From Megasphaera elsdenii DSM 20460 (GTDB lineage Bacteria; Bacillota; Negativicutes; Veillonellales; Megasphaeraceae), in NCBI RefSeq assembly GCF_003010495.1, contig NZ_CP027570.1:480001-512000 (forward strand): a DNA stretch of 32,000 bases, in the 5' to 3' direction. Position 1 is the stretch's first letter. Each line of letters starts with the position of its first letter. Below, in pieces: positions 1 to 8,988 of this stretch. A program made the position numbers and the translations under genes. The notes below the pieces were generated by a model. The model was not told the origin of the DNA and searched no databases. It saw only the letters and a list, made by a program, of their open reading frames with translations.

Positions 1-1
1 G

Positions 2-274
2 ATGGAAAGCCTCATCGACCTCGTCGTCGGCATGGAAGACGTCGCCCAGGCAAAACCCGCCCCGGACGGAATCAACGCCGTCTGCCGCCATTTCGGGCTG
101 GACAAGAAAGACGTCCTCTATATCGGTGACAACACGATCGATGCCAAAGCGGCCCAAAACGCAGGCGTCGCCTTTGCCGCCGTGACGACAGGCACGACGA
201 CGAGCCAGGAATTTGCTCCCCTGCCCCATGTGGCAATCATGAAGGATCTCAGTGAAATCCTTACTATTCCCTAA
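2..274 (+). CDS. HAD-superfamily phosphatase (PGP/PpaX-like), C-terminal fragment; 5' end lies outside the window
   Basis: ORF is open at the window edge. HAD motif-IV-like region LYIGDNTIDAKAAQNAGV. TAA stop at 272-274. Confidence 0.7.
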   Translation: MESLIDLVVGMEDVAQAKPAPDGINAVCRHFGLDKKDVLYIGDNTIDAKAAQNAGVAFAAVTTGTTTSQEFAPLPHVAIMKDLSEILTIP

Positions 275-288
275 TGGAGGAACCTATT

Positions 289-1077
289 ATGATGAAGAAA
301 AAAGTTACGACCCTCGTCGCTGCCTCCCTGGCAGCCCTGACCCTTCTCTCCGGCTGCGGCTCGAATGGTACAGCCGACAAAAAAGACGGTGCTGCCAAAG
401 GTGACAAGACCCTCATCGTCGGCACGGAACCGACGTTCCCGCCCTTTGAATTCACGGAAAACGAAAAAGACGTCGGTTTCGACATCGACCTGGCCCAGGC
501 CGTCTGCGACAAACTGGGCTACAAGATGGAAGTCAAGAACCTCGGCTTCGATGCCCTCATCCCGGCCCTGAAGAGCGGCCAGATTGACCTCATCGCTGCC
601 GGCATGGACGCTACGGATGAACGGAAGAAACAGATCGACTTCACCGACGTCTACTACCAGGGCGGCTACACCATCGTCGTCCCGACGGGCAATACGGACA
701 TCACCGGCTATGACTCCATCGCCGGTAAGACCGTCGGCGCTCAGGTCGGTTCCAAAGCAGCCGACTACGCCCGTGAACACGGTGCCAACGTCAAGGAATT
801 TGACACCAATACCCAGGGCTGGATGGAACTGGAAGCCGGCACGTGTGACGCGGTCTCCATCGATAAAGCCGTCGCCCAATATTACCTCCAGCAAGGTGGT
901 AAAGACAAGCTCAAAATCGTCGGCGAAGCCATTACGTCCCGCGGCGTAGCCATGGGCATCAGCAAGGATAAACCGGAACTGAGCAAGCAGGTCAACGAAG
1001 CTTTGAAGGAACTCAAAGCGGACGGAACGTATGCTAAGATTTATAAGAAATGGTTCGGCGAAGAACCGAAGCAGTAA
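289..1077 (+). CDS. Polar amino-acid ABC transporter substrate-binding lipoprotein (family 3 SBP); orphan, no permease or ATPase adjacent
   Basis: Lipobox LLSGC. SBP motifs GTEPTFPPFEF, GFDIDLA, DLIAAGM. GGAGG at 276-280 favours ATG 289 over the ORF-track ATG 274. Confidence 0.85.
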   Translation: MMKKKVTTLVAASLAALTLLSGCGSNGTADKKDGAAKGDKTLIVGTEPTFPPFEFTENEKDVGFDIDLAQAVCDKLGYKMEVKNLGFDALIPALKSGQIDLIAAGMDATDERKKQIDFTDVYYQGGYTIVVPTGNTDITGYDSIAGKTVGAQVGSKAADYAREHGANVKEFDTNTQGWMELEAGTCDAVSIDKAVAQYYLQQGGKDKLKIVGEAITSRGVAMGISKDKPELSKQVNEALKELKADGTYAKIYKKWFGEEPKQ

Positions 1078-1113
1078 AAAAAGGCGCTGTCGCATGAAGA
1101 CAGCGCCTTTTTG
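1078..1113. terminator. Bidirectional intrinsic terminator between convergent genes
   Basis: Perfect 11-bp stem aaggcgctgtc/gacagcgcctt with loop gcatgaa. A-run on the 5' side and T-run on the 3' side. Confidence 0.7.
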
Positions 1114-1160
1114 AGTTTTAAGTTTGTAGTTTTTAGTTTGCAGCAATAAGGCAAAAGAAT

Positions 1161-1205
1161 CTCTCCGGCCCGTTGGGCCACCTCCCCTATGAGGGGAGGC
1201 TTTGC
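1161..1205 (-). repeat. Inverted partial copy of the first ~42 nt of the 146-bp intergenic repeat unit
   Basis: The reverse complement reads aagcctcccctcataggggaggtggcccaacgggccggagag. This is identical to the 5' part of the units at 13114-13787. Confidence 0.8.
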
Positions 1206-1219
1206 GAGCCACGAACCAC

Positions 1220-2527
1220 TTATTTTTTATCCTTCTGCTGGAGTTTGGCCAAGCGGTCTTTCAGGGATGTGAACTCACCCTGGTTGTCGGACTGGAGTTC
1301 GGCTTCGGGTTGGATGGTCGTGTCTTTGTAGGCGGCTTTCCGTTTAGCTGCTTCTGCAGCGGCAGCAGTTCGTTTTTCTTTGGCAGTCCGTTCGGCCTGG
1401 ACGGCTTCGCGGATGGGCTGGAGTTTATTGTCCGGGACGACGAGGAAGCGGACCGGCAGGTTGGCCGCTCCCGGCGGCATGATGCGGATGGTCATGTCTG
1501 TCCCGGCCGGGAAGGTATCGACGTATTCCATGGCATACGGGTCATTGAGGCCCATAGAATGGCGGTGGCGCGGCAGTTCGACGATTTTCTTGTCTTCCCC
1601 CCGCTTGGGGTCGCTGTAGATGAGTTCCGTCACGCCGGCATATTCGCCGCCCTGGGGATTGAAATACAAGTGGACATCCCCGTTTCCTGTCGTGCGCAGG
1701 TGGATGGTGTAATCGACGCCGTAGTTGCCCGTGTCTTCCGAGGCCCGGTTGTCCATGACGTCGCGCCCCTGGAGGAAACGGTCCCAGACGCCGTCGGCCA
1801 GGAGGATATAGCCGATGCCGCTGTCCGTCGAGTACGGGATGAGCGTACTCAGATAGCGGTCCTTGCCGTGGAAGGTACCGCGCAGCTGAACCGAGTCGCT
1901 GGCCAGGTACTGCTGCTTACGGATGAAGGCGACAGGATCTTCCTGCGGCGGCAGGATCATGGATGACAGGATCATCGGTTCCGGCAGGCTGACATTGACG
2001 ATGCCCGAAAAAAGCTGGTCCGGACGGACGACGGTCTCGTTGAGGCGCTGGCCGACGACGGCATAGTTATGAGCCGGGACGGTAATCTTATTGACCGTCA
2101 TATTGCCTTCATAATACATGGTGGACAATTCCTTGCCAACCTGGTAGTAATCCGTGCTGGGCCGCGTGTACTGATAGCCCTGGAGGACGGCTTCCAGCGG
2201 ATAAGGATGCGGGTTGTAGAGCATGGCTACGATTTTCCGGTTGTACGGATGCTGGTTGACATGATAGAAATAAAGGCGCACGTCGCCGCTGACCATATCC
2301 CCATAGAGGATACCGTCACCATCGGCGTATTCCGGACTGTCTGACAGCAGCAGCGTCCCCGTATCGACAGGGGCCGTCATGGAAATGGGCAGCATGCGCT
2401 GGGCGACGACGCGGTCCATGACCTCCGGATCGTCCACAGCCGGCAGGTCCGCCGCCAGGGCACTTGCCAGAGGCAGGCAGGCCGTCAGCAGGCCGGCTAT
2501 ATAAGTACATAGTTTCTTAAATTTCAT
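1220..2527 (-). CDS. Exported protein of unknown function (signal peptide or possible lipoprotein; Ala/Lys/Glu-rich C-terminal tail)
   Basis: 435-aa ORF. N-terminus MKFKKLCTYIAGLLTACLPLASALA has a possible lipobox (LTAC) or an ALA-A signal peptidase I site. Its ATG overlaps the whiA stop by 11 nt. No family recognised. Confidence 0.7.
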   Translation of the reverse strand: MKFKKLCTYIAGLLTACLPLASALAADLPAVDDPEVMDRVVAQRMLPISMTAPVDTGTLLLSDSPEYADGDGILYGDMVSGDVRLYFYHVNQHPYNRKIVAMLYNPHPYPLEAVLQGYQYTRPSTDYYQVGKELSTMYYEGNMTVNKITVPAHNYAVVGQRLNETVVRPDQLFSGIVNVSLPEPMILSSMILPPQEDPVAFIRKQQYLASDSVQLRGTFHGKDRYLSTLIPYSTDSGIGYILLADGVWDRFLQGRDVMDNRASEDTGNYGVDYTIHLRTTGNGDVHLYFNPQGGEYAGVTELIYSDPKRGEDKKIVELPRHRHSMGLNDPYAMEYVDTFPAGTDMTIRIMPPGAANLPVRFLVVPDNKLQPIREAVQAERTAKEKRTAAAAEAAKRKAAYKDTTIQPEAELQSDNQGEFTSLKDRLAKLQQKDKK

Positions 2528-3452
2528 CTTTTTTTTGACCTTCTATCTGTTTCGCTATATCAGCGATTTTTTTGAATCGGTGGGACAAGCCGGATTTCGT
2601 CAGTCCCGACTGGGCCGCCAGCTCGCTCATGGACGCTTCCGGATTGGCCATGCGCAGTTCCGCCGCTTCCCGAAGCTTCGGGGACATGCGCGGATACAGG
2701 CCCGATTCCTGGATACAGGTAATGGCCCGGCGCTGGCGGACAGCGGCGTCGACGGTCTTCTGAAGATTGGCCGTTTCGCAATTGACGACGCGGTTGACGT
2801 TATTGCGCATCCCCTTGACGACGCGGACGCTTTCAAACTTGAGATAAGCCTGGGCCGCGCCGATATATTGCAGGAACTGGGACACGCCATTTCCCTCTTT
2901 GATATATACGAGATAATCACCCTTGCGGTCTGTCGTCTTGGCCGGCAGATGGAAGCGGCGCATGATTTTCAACAGTTTTTCGGCAAAGGCCGCATTGCCC
3001 GTCACCAGTTCCAGGTGATAGTCCCCTTTGGGCTGGTTGACGGAACCGCCGCCCATGAAAGCGCCCCGCAGGAAAGCCCGCTGGCAGTCGGCCTTGCGGA
3101 GATCGATGGCGGAAAATTCCGCATCCGTCGGAAATAAGGACAGGTCCCGTAAAATGGCCGTGCTCTCCGGCGACGGCGTCACCCGCAGGATGTAATAGTT
3201 CTTCTTGCGCAGGCGCAATCCCTGGCGGACGCGGACTTCCGGCCGGACCGTAAAGGATTCCATCCACATCTTCAAAGCCTTGCGGGCGACGGCATTATTG
3301 GACGTACTGAATTCGATGCCGATGGTCCCGCGCGATCCGAGGATGAGGGACCCGCCCATGCAGAGCAGCGCCGCCAGTTCGGCAAAGCGGCAGGCAGCAT
3401 TTTCCGGCTTGCAGTGGGCGATTTCATTCTTCACTTCTTCTGCAAAAGACAA
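2517..3452 (-). CDS. whiA: DNA-binding cell-division/sporulation regulator WhiA
   Basis: 311 aa. N-terminus MSFAEEVKNEIAH is characteristic. Degenerate LAGLIDADG-like core and C-terminal HTH (SELAAQSGLTKSGLSHRFKKI). Conserved rapZ-yvcK-whiA gene order. Confidence 0.93.
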   Translation of the reverse strand: MSFAEEVKNEIAHCKPENAACRFAELAALLCMGGSLILGSRGTIGIEFSTSNNAVARKALKMWMESFTVRPEVRVRQGLRLRKKNYYILRVTPSPESTAILRDLSLFPTDAEFSAIDLRKADCQRAFLRGAFMGGGSVNQPKGDYHLELVTGNAAFAEKLLKIMRRFHLPAKTTDRKGDYLVYIKEGNGVSQFLQYIGAAQAYLKFESVRVVKGMRNNVNRVVNCETANLQKTVDAAVRQRRAITCIQESGLYPRMSPKLREAAELRMANPEASMSELAAQSGLTKSGLSHRFKKIADIAKQIEGQKKDEI

Positions 3453-3465
3453 AAGATGCCGCCTC

Positions 3466-4812
3466 CTAACGATGGGTAAATGTGTAACGTTTCAAATAGT
3501 AATGCAACAGTTCCGGCGATAAGTCGGTCCGCAAGGCATTGATCAGGTCGAAGAGGACGTTGGCCAGCTTCTTCGTATCGTGGGTGGCACTGTTTTCCTT
3601 GTTGATGAGGTCCGACAGGATGAGCGTCGCCCCGGCCTGGCTGACTTCCTTCTTGTCGATGATGACCGGATGGGACCCGGTGGCGACATAGCGCTGGAGG
3701 ACGGCCGGATCGACGTCACCGTTGTTGGCGATGACGAAGTCGATGACCCTGCCGCCGGCCTGGCGGTTGATGGCCTTGACGTGGTCGGATACGGTGTAAT
3801 CATCGGTTTCTCCGGGCTGGGTCATGACGTTGCAGATATAGATTTTCGGCGCCTTGCTGGTGCGGACGGCCTGGACGATATCGGGCACACAGAGATTGGG
3901 CATGATACTCGTATAGAGGCTGCCCGGTCCGAGGACGATGGCGTCGGCTTCCTGGATGGCCCGGACGGCGGACTGGATGGCCTTGGGATGTTCCGGTGTC
4001 GTAAAGACGCGCTTGATCTTGCCGTGGGCATGGGGAATCTGTGATTCCCCTTCGACGATGCGGCCGTCGGTCATTTCAGCGTTGAGGCGTATCTTTTCCG
4101 CCGACGACGGGATGACCTTGCCGCGGACGCGCAGGACTTTGCTCGTCGCATCCATGGCTTCTTCGACGTCGCCCAGGACTTCGATAAGGGCGGCAATGAA
4201 GAGATTGCCGAAGCTGTGGCCCGTCAGGTTGCCGGAGCCGCCGAAGCGGTGGGCAAAGAGCTTTTCCATGAGCCCTTCCTTATCGGCCAGGGCGACCAGG
4301 CAGTTGCGCAGGTCACCAGGCGCGATGATATCCAGGTCCTGGCGGATACGGCCCGTCGAGCCGCCATCATCGGCAACGGTGACGACGGCCGTCAGATTAT
4401 AGGTCTTGGCCTTGAGGCCGCGCAGCATGACCGACAGGCCCGTGCCGCCGCCGATGACGACGACCTTCGGCCCTTTGGACAGCTGCAGGTTGGAGAAGAT
4501 CAAGTCGCTGAGGTTCTCCGATTCGCCGGGCATGACGACGCCGATCATGGTGCGGATCAGGCGCCGCGTGGCCCAGGCCATGACGACCAGCCCCAGGAGG
4601 ATGACCAGGATGCCCAGACTGGCCAGGATGGTATAGTTATAATGGCCGGTCATTTCGTAGAGCAGGCGGAAAGCCCATTCTTCCAATTCTCCCAGCCATT
4701 GGTAGTTAAAGGTCAGGATAATGCCGAAGCTGGAACACATCATGCCCAGGCCGAAGAGGAAGAGCCATCGCTTGATGTGCAAGCCCGGATGCAGCCATTT
4801 CATAAAACGCAT
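3466..4812 (-). CDS. yvcK: YvcK / gluconeogenesis factor (UPF0052, CofD-like) with N-terminal membrane segments
   Basis: Motif VVVIGGGTGLSVMLRGLK and region VTVADDGGSTGRIR. Lies between rapZ and whiA. Confidence 0.9.
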   Translation of the reverse strand: MRFMKWLHPGLHIKRWLFLFGLGMMCSSFGIILTFNYQWLGELEEWAFRLLYEMTGHYNYTILASLGILVILLGLVVMAWATRRLIRTMIGVVMPGESENLSDLIFSNLQLSKGPKVVVIGGGTGLSVMLRGLKAKTYNLTAVVTVADDGGSTGRIRQDLDIIAPGDLRNCLVALADKEGLMEKLFAHRFGGSGNLTGHSFGNLFIAALIEVLGDVEEAMDATSKVLRVRGKVIPSSAEKIRLNAEMTDGRIVEGESQIPHAHGKIKRVFTTPEHPKAIQSAVRAIQEADAIVLGPGSLYTSIMPNLCVPDIVQAVRTSKAPKIYICNVMTQPGETDDYTVSDHVKAINRQAGGRVIDFVIANNGDVDPAVLQRYVATGSHPVIIDKKEVSQAGATLILSDLINKENSATHDTKKLANVLFDLINALRTDLSPELLHYYLKRYTFTHR

Positions 4813-4823
4813 GACAGCACCTC

Positions 4824-5729
4824 CTACGCTTCGCCTTCGTACCCCGGCGCATCTTCTTCGACGTCGTTCTTCTGGATATCCCGGTGTTCGATGGATACGT
4901 CGACACCATTATCCCGCAAATGCTTATACATGGCTTCAGCCATACAGACACTGCGGTGCATGCCGCCGGTACAGCCGACGGCAATGACCAGCTGGCTTTT
5001 GCCTTCCCGTTCATAGTTAGGCAGGAGGAAGTCGATCATGTCGAACCACTTTTCCTTATACGTCTGGGTAATGGGGAAACTTTCGACATAGTCGCGCACA
5101 CAGGGCACGCGGCCCGATTTATGACGGTATTCATCGATATAGTACGGGTTGGGCAGGAAGCGCACGTCTTCGACGATGTCCGCGTCGATGGGCATGCCGT
5201 GCTTGAAGCCGAACGAGACGACCGTGACGGTCATGTTCTTCTTGCTGTCCGTAATGGCATAGCGCTTGACCAGGATTTCCTTGAGCTGTTTCGGCTTGAG
5301 GTTCGACGTGTCGATGATGAAATCCGCTTTCTGGCGCAGGCTGGCCAGGCGCTTTCGTTCTTCGGCAATGCCCTGGCTGATGCGGCCGTGCGGGGCCAGG
5401 GGATGGACGCGGCGCGTTTCCTTGTAACGCCGTACCAGGGCCTGGTCAGAGGCTTCGATGAAGACGATTTCGTAGGAAATGCCTTCGGCCTTGAGGTCTT
5501 TCAGGCACTGGCTCATGGCATCGAAAAATTCACCGCCCCGGATATCGGCGATGAGGGCCACGTGGCGGACCCGTTCGCCGCCTTTGATGCATAATTCCGC
5601 GAATTTGGGAATCAGGACCGGCGGGATATTGTCGATGCAGAAATAGCCGATATCTTCCAGTACCTGGACGGCATGGCTCTTACCGGCACCGGACATGCCG
5701 GTGACAATGATCAAATGAAAATGGTCCAT
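4824..5729 (-). CDS. rapZ: RNase adapter / nucleotide-binding protein RapZ (YvcJ)
   Basis: Walker A motif in IIVTGMSGAGKSHAVQVLEDIGYFCIDNIP. C-terminal GCTGGMHRSV motif. 301 aa. Confidence 0.93.
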   Translation of the reverse strand: MDHFHLIIVTGMSGAGKSHAVQVLEDIGYFCIDNIPPVLIPKFAELCIKGGERVRHVALIADIRGGEFFDAMSQCLKDLKAEGISYEIVFIEASDQALVRRYKETRRVHPLAPHGRISQGIAEERKRLASLRQKADFIIDTSNLKPKQLKEILVKRYAITDSKKNMTVTVVSFGFKHGMPIDADIVEDVRFLPNPYYIDEYRHKSGRVPCVRDYVESFPITQTYKEKWFDMIDFLLPNYEREGKSQLVIAVGCTGGMHRSVCMAEAMYKHLRDNGVDVSIEHRDIQKNDVEEDAPGYEGEA

Positions 5730-5752
5730 AAGAACCTCCTATTTTAAATGAG

Positions 5753-6538
5753 TTATAATACAAATTTCTCGACAGCTGCGGCGACACCGTCGTCGTCGTT
5801 GGACGCCGTGACATAAGCCGCTGCGGCCTTCACTTCTTCGGCGGCGTTGGCCATAGCTACGGGGAAACCGGCAGCCTTCAGCATATCCAGGTCGTTCTGG
5901 GAGTCGCCGAGGGCCATGATTTCATCGGTCCCGATGCCGTAGAGCTCGCCCAGGCGGCGGATGCCCTCGCCCTTGTCGACGCCCTGGGGCATGATTTCCA
6001 GGAACGTCGGCGCCGAGAAGAGGACATTGAACCGGCCGGGGAAGGTCTTTTCGATGAGGGCCTTGCGGGCGACGAGGTCGTCGTGTCCGCCCCGGCTGAG
6101 GAGCTTGTTGCAGTCGCCCTGGACGTGGTAAAAGTCATCGCCGCAGATGCAGGCCTTGCTGTGCGTGATCCGTTCATAGTCGCGGATCCACTCGTCGTCC
6201 CGGGCTGCGCGCAGGACGTCGTCGATATAGGTCTGGAGCTGCCAGCCCCGGCGGCGGGCCAAATCGGCCAGTTCCTGCGCCCATTCCCTGGGGATGACCT
6301 GCTGGAAGAGAATCTTCTTCGATTCCAGCGTCTCGATGAGGCCGCCGGCAAAGAGCAACAGCGGGCTGTCGCCCAGCCCCAGCCGTTCTCCGTATGGCCG
6401 GGCCGTCTGGTACATGCGGCCCGTGGCGATGGCGACGACGACGCCCTTATCGCGGGCGGCCTGCAAAGTCCGCACCGTCCGGTCCGACACGCTGCCGTCA
6501 CTGCGCAGGAGGGTCCCGTCGAGGTCGATGGTGATCAT
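5753..6538 (-). CDS. Cof-type HAD-IIB sugar phosphatase
   Basis: MITIDLDGTLL (DxD motif I), ATGR, GDSQNDLDML (motif IV). I chose ATG 6538, which lies 1 nt after the stop of the upstream gene. The 30-aa Arg-rich extension in the ORF track overlaps that gene. Confidence 0.85.
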   Translation of the reverse strand: MITIDLDGTLLRSDGSVSDRTVRTLQAARDKGVVVAIATGRMYQTARPYGERLGLGDSPLLLFAGGLIETLESKKILFQQVIPREWAQELADLARRRGWQLQTYIDDVLRAARDDEWIRDYERITHSKACICGDDFYHVQGDCNKLLSRGGHDDLVARKALIEKTFPGRFNVLFSAPTFLEIMPQGVDKGEGIRRLGELYGIGTDEIMALGDSQNDLDMLKAAGFPVAMANAAEEVKAAAAYVTASNDDDGVAAAVEKFVL

Positions 6539-6539
6539 C

Positions 6540-6941
6540 TTAATGGCCGGCACCGAGGGTTCCCTCCTTCCAGTCGAATACGACGCCCTTCGGCGTCTGA
6601 TTGGCTTCCTGCGCCGCGTCGGTGACATATCTCAGGTCATCGGCATAGCTCTGGGCCAGCTTATCGATTTCCTGCTGCTGGTCTGCCGTAGCCCGGCTGC
6701 GGTTCTTCATGGCCGTCGCGATCATTTCCGTCACTTCATAGCGGGTCAGATTATACGACGGGGCGAACCGCTCCATCGGAGCCCCGGTCAGGCCGGCCTT
6801 GGACAGGTCATAGACGGCCTTGTATTCCCACGTATGGCGGTCGACGGCGTCGAACTGGTTCGGCGCGTAGGGATTGTAGGCCAGGACCGTGCCCAGGCCC
6901 AGGCAGCACCAGGCTGCCAGTAAAAGAAAGAGTCTTTTCAT
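6540..6941 (-). CDS. Small exported SLH-domain protein (single SLH domain plus a short helical tail)
   Basis: Signal peptide MKRLFLLLAAWCCLGLGTVLA. FDAVDRHTWEYKAVYDLSKAGLTGAPMERFAPSYNLTRYEVTEMIATAM matches the SLH pattern F.DV...HWA....L...G...G.....F.P....TR.E.A. Confidence 0.65.
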   Translation of the reverse strand: MKRLFLLLAAWCCLGLGTVLAYNPYAPNQFDAVDRHTWEYKAVYDLSKAGLTGAPMERFAPSYNLTRYEVTEMIATAMKNRSRATADQQQEIDKLAQSYADDLRYVTDAAQEANQTPKGVVFDWKEGTLGAGH

Positions 6942-7028
6942 GATGGTCCCCCCTCTATAAACAAATATACTCCCTGCCGGGTCTAACGTGCGTCATACCT
7001 GAAAGAGAGCATATCCAGAAAATACGTA

Positions 7029-7631
7029 TTATTTGGCTTTGTTGGCGTCCTTTTCGGCGTCCTTGCCGTCGTGGCTGCCATGGTCGGGTACGGCTTTCTG
7101 TGCCGCTTCGGCCGAAACGGCGACAGCAGCCGCTGCCGGCTTGACGGCAACAGCCTTATCCGAAGCGACAGGTGCCGCCGCTTCGCCGTCGAGGGCCATA
7201 TCGTCGAGCAGCTTGAGCTGGCTGGTCAGGATAGCGCGGCATTTGGCACGGTATGCCCCGGTCTGGGCTTTGAGCTTTTCCCATTCCTGCTGGGATTTCT
7301 GCAGATTCATCATCGTTTCGTCGAGCATCTGCTTCTTCTTGCTTTCCGCTTCCTGCAGGATGAGGTCGGCTTCCTTACGGGCCGAGACCTTGACATTTTC
7401 TGCCGTCTGCTGGGCCAGCATGAGCGTACTGTTCATGGTCGCTTCCATCTTTTCGTACTGCGTCAGCTTATCCTGCAGGCTGTCGCAGCGTTCCTTCAAT
7501 TCGCAATATTCCCGGTATACCTTTTCGTAGTCGCCGGCGATGTTGTTCATGAAGGCATCGACGTCTTCCTCGCTGTAGCCGCGGAAGCCGCGTTTAAATT
7601 CTTTGTTGTGAATATCCATTGGTGTAAGCAT
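7029..7631 (-). CDS. divIVA: Cell-division protein DivIVA
   Basis: N-terminus MLTPMDIHNKEFKRGFRGYSEEDVDAFM followed by coiled coil. Sits after ylmH. Confidence 0.92.
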   Translation of the reverse strand: MLTPMDIHNKEFKRGFRGYSEEDVDAFMNNIAGDYEKVYREYCELKERCDSLQDKLTQYEKMEATMNSTLMLAQQTAENVKVSARKEADLILQEAESKKKQMLDETMMNLQKSQQEWEKLKAQTGAYRAKCRAILTSQLKLLDDMALDGEAAAPVASDKAVAVKPAAAAVAVSAEAAQKAVPDHGSHDGKDAEKDANKAK

Positions 7632-7658
7632 GGCATTTCCTCCGTATGAAAAAGGGAA

Positions 7659-8444
7659 TCACATATACCGCTTCAGCAAGACGCCGATACGGCCCTTTCT
7701 CGACGTACCCGTAATCTCGGCCAGTTCCATCCGGCCCTTGCCGCGCAGCGAAATGACATCGCCTTCACTGACGTCCTGGCTCGGCCCCTTGGCAGGCTGC
7801 CAATTGACCTGGACCCGGTCGCCCTTGATGGCTTCGGCCGCCTTGGTACGGGAAATGCCAAAGCCCGATGAGGCAATGGCATCGAGGCGGAGCGATGCAA
7901 CAGTGGTCTTGATTTCCTTGACCTTTTCCTGGCGCGGCGCGATGTCTTCCAGGGGCATCTCTTCGATGGCAATGGATACCATAGCGATTTTTGTGAAATT
8001 CTGCTGTAAATAGGGGACGAGCTTCGTATCTGCCAAAAGGATGGCACCGGCCTCCTGCATAATGATGTCGCCGAAGCGTTCCCGGCCGACACCGAGGCTC
8101 ATGAGCGAGCCCAGGACGTCGCGGTGCCCCAGGAGCCGGTAGCGGTCATCCCAGGACAGACGGCAGGCCGTGATGCCGAAATCGACAGGCCCGTCGTAAT
8201 CGGCGCTGACAAAGGCCAGTTTGACCCGTTCAGCCCCTTCGTAGCCGCCAAAGGTCCGGAGGACCAGGGACGGCACATGGGCCTGGATGGTCTCGCCGAT
8301 CTGGACGGCGCCGGGAGATACGAACTCGCTGACAGCATAAGGACGGCCCTTGGCCGTGCTGTCAGCCAGATCGATAAGGCGGGCAGCGAGCTCGCCATTA
8401 TCGGTCCCCTGATAATAACGGATAATCCGATCTCTGTTCTTCAA
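7659..8444 (-). CDS. ylmH: YlmH-type RNA-binding protein with S4 domain
   Basis: C-terminal S4 region LRLDAIASSGFGISRTKAAEAIKGDRVQVNW...EGDVISLRGKGR. Synteny sepF-ylmH-divIVA. Confidence 0.8.
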   Translation of the reverse strand: MKNRDRIIRYYQGTDNGELAARLIDLADSTAKGRPYAVSEFVSPGAVQIGETIQAHVPSLVLRTFGGYEGAERVKLAFVSADYDGPVDFGITACRLSWDDRYRLLGHRDVLGSLMSLGVGRERFGDIIMQEAGAILLADTKLVPYLQQNFTKIAMVSIAIEEMPLEDIAPRQEKVKEIKTTVASLRLDAIASSGFGISRTKAAEAIKGDRVQVNWQPAKGPSQDVSEGDVISLRGKGRMELAEITGTSRKGRIGVLLKRYM

Positions 8445-8460
8445 GATAATCCCTCAATTA

Positions 8461-8973
8461 CTAGTGCTGCGGCGTGTTATTGCCGTTGCTGTTATTGTTG
8501 CTGCCGCCATTCCAGGACAGGGGCGGCGTGTTGAAATCGCCGTAATCGTCGCGTTTGCCGTGATCGACGGTGACGTTGCTCGGTACGCAGAGGAAGATTT
8601 CCTTGCCGACCTTCTGGATGTTGCCGTCAAGAGCATACGTAGCGCCGCTGACGAAGTCGACGACGCGTTTGGCGATGTCGTCCGGCGTCGATTCGAAGTT
8701 GATGACGACGGGCTTGCGGTCGCGGATGTAATCGGCAATGCTCTGCGAATCATCAAAGGTTTCCGGTTCGACGATGACCATGCGCAGCGGTTTTTCCTGC
8801 GGTGCTGCATAGTTGACGCTGGAACGGCGCGGAGCTACGGCCGGCGTGCGGCGCGGCGGACGTTCTTCTTCCATTTCTTCTTCGTCTTCGTATTCGTCCG
8901 TTTCAAATTCGTCGTCTTCGTTGACGCCGCCTACAGTACCTACTAATTTATCCCAAACTTTCTTTACTCCCAT
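8461..8973 (-). CDS. sepF: Cell-division protein SepF
   Basis: Acidic linker followed by the conserved core MVIVEPETFDDSQSIADYIRDRKPVVINFE...FVSGATYALDGNIQKVG. Confidence 0.9.
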   Translation of the reverse strand: MGVKKVWDKLVGTVGGVNEDDEFETDEYEDEEEMEEERPPRRTPAVAPRRSSVNYAAPQEKPLRMVIVEPETFDDSQSIADYIRDRKPVVINFESTPDDIAKRVVDFVSGATYALDGNIQKVGKEIFLCVPSNVTVDHGKRDDYGDFNTPPLSWNGGSNNNSNGNNTPQH

Positions 8974-8988
8974 GGTGAATACTCCTCC

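Noticed and set aside
271-1212. 313-aa minus-strand ORF
   Set aside because: It is antisense to a well-supported SBP gene and runs through the terminator and the repeat. Its Arg/Gly/Pro-rich composition is typical of shadow ORFs in GC-rich DNA.
1202-1966. 254-aa plus-strand ORF
   Set aside because: Antisense shadow of the 435-aa exported protein gene. It has no RBS and a low-complexity composition.
6539-6628. N-terminal 30-aa extension of the Cof phosphatase ORF, and similar extensions at 10598-10636, 12327-12350, 17565-17606, 23457-23480 and 28139-28213
   Set aside because: The extensions overlap upstream genes or lack SD sequences. Internal starts have good SD spacing and give canonical N-termini.
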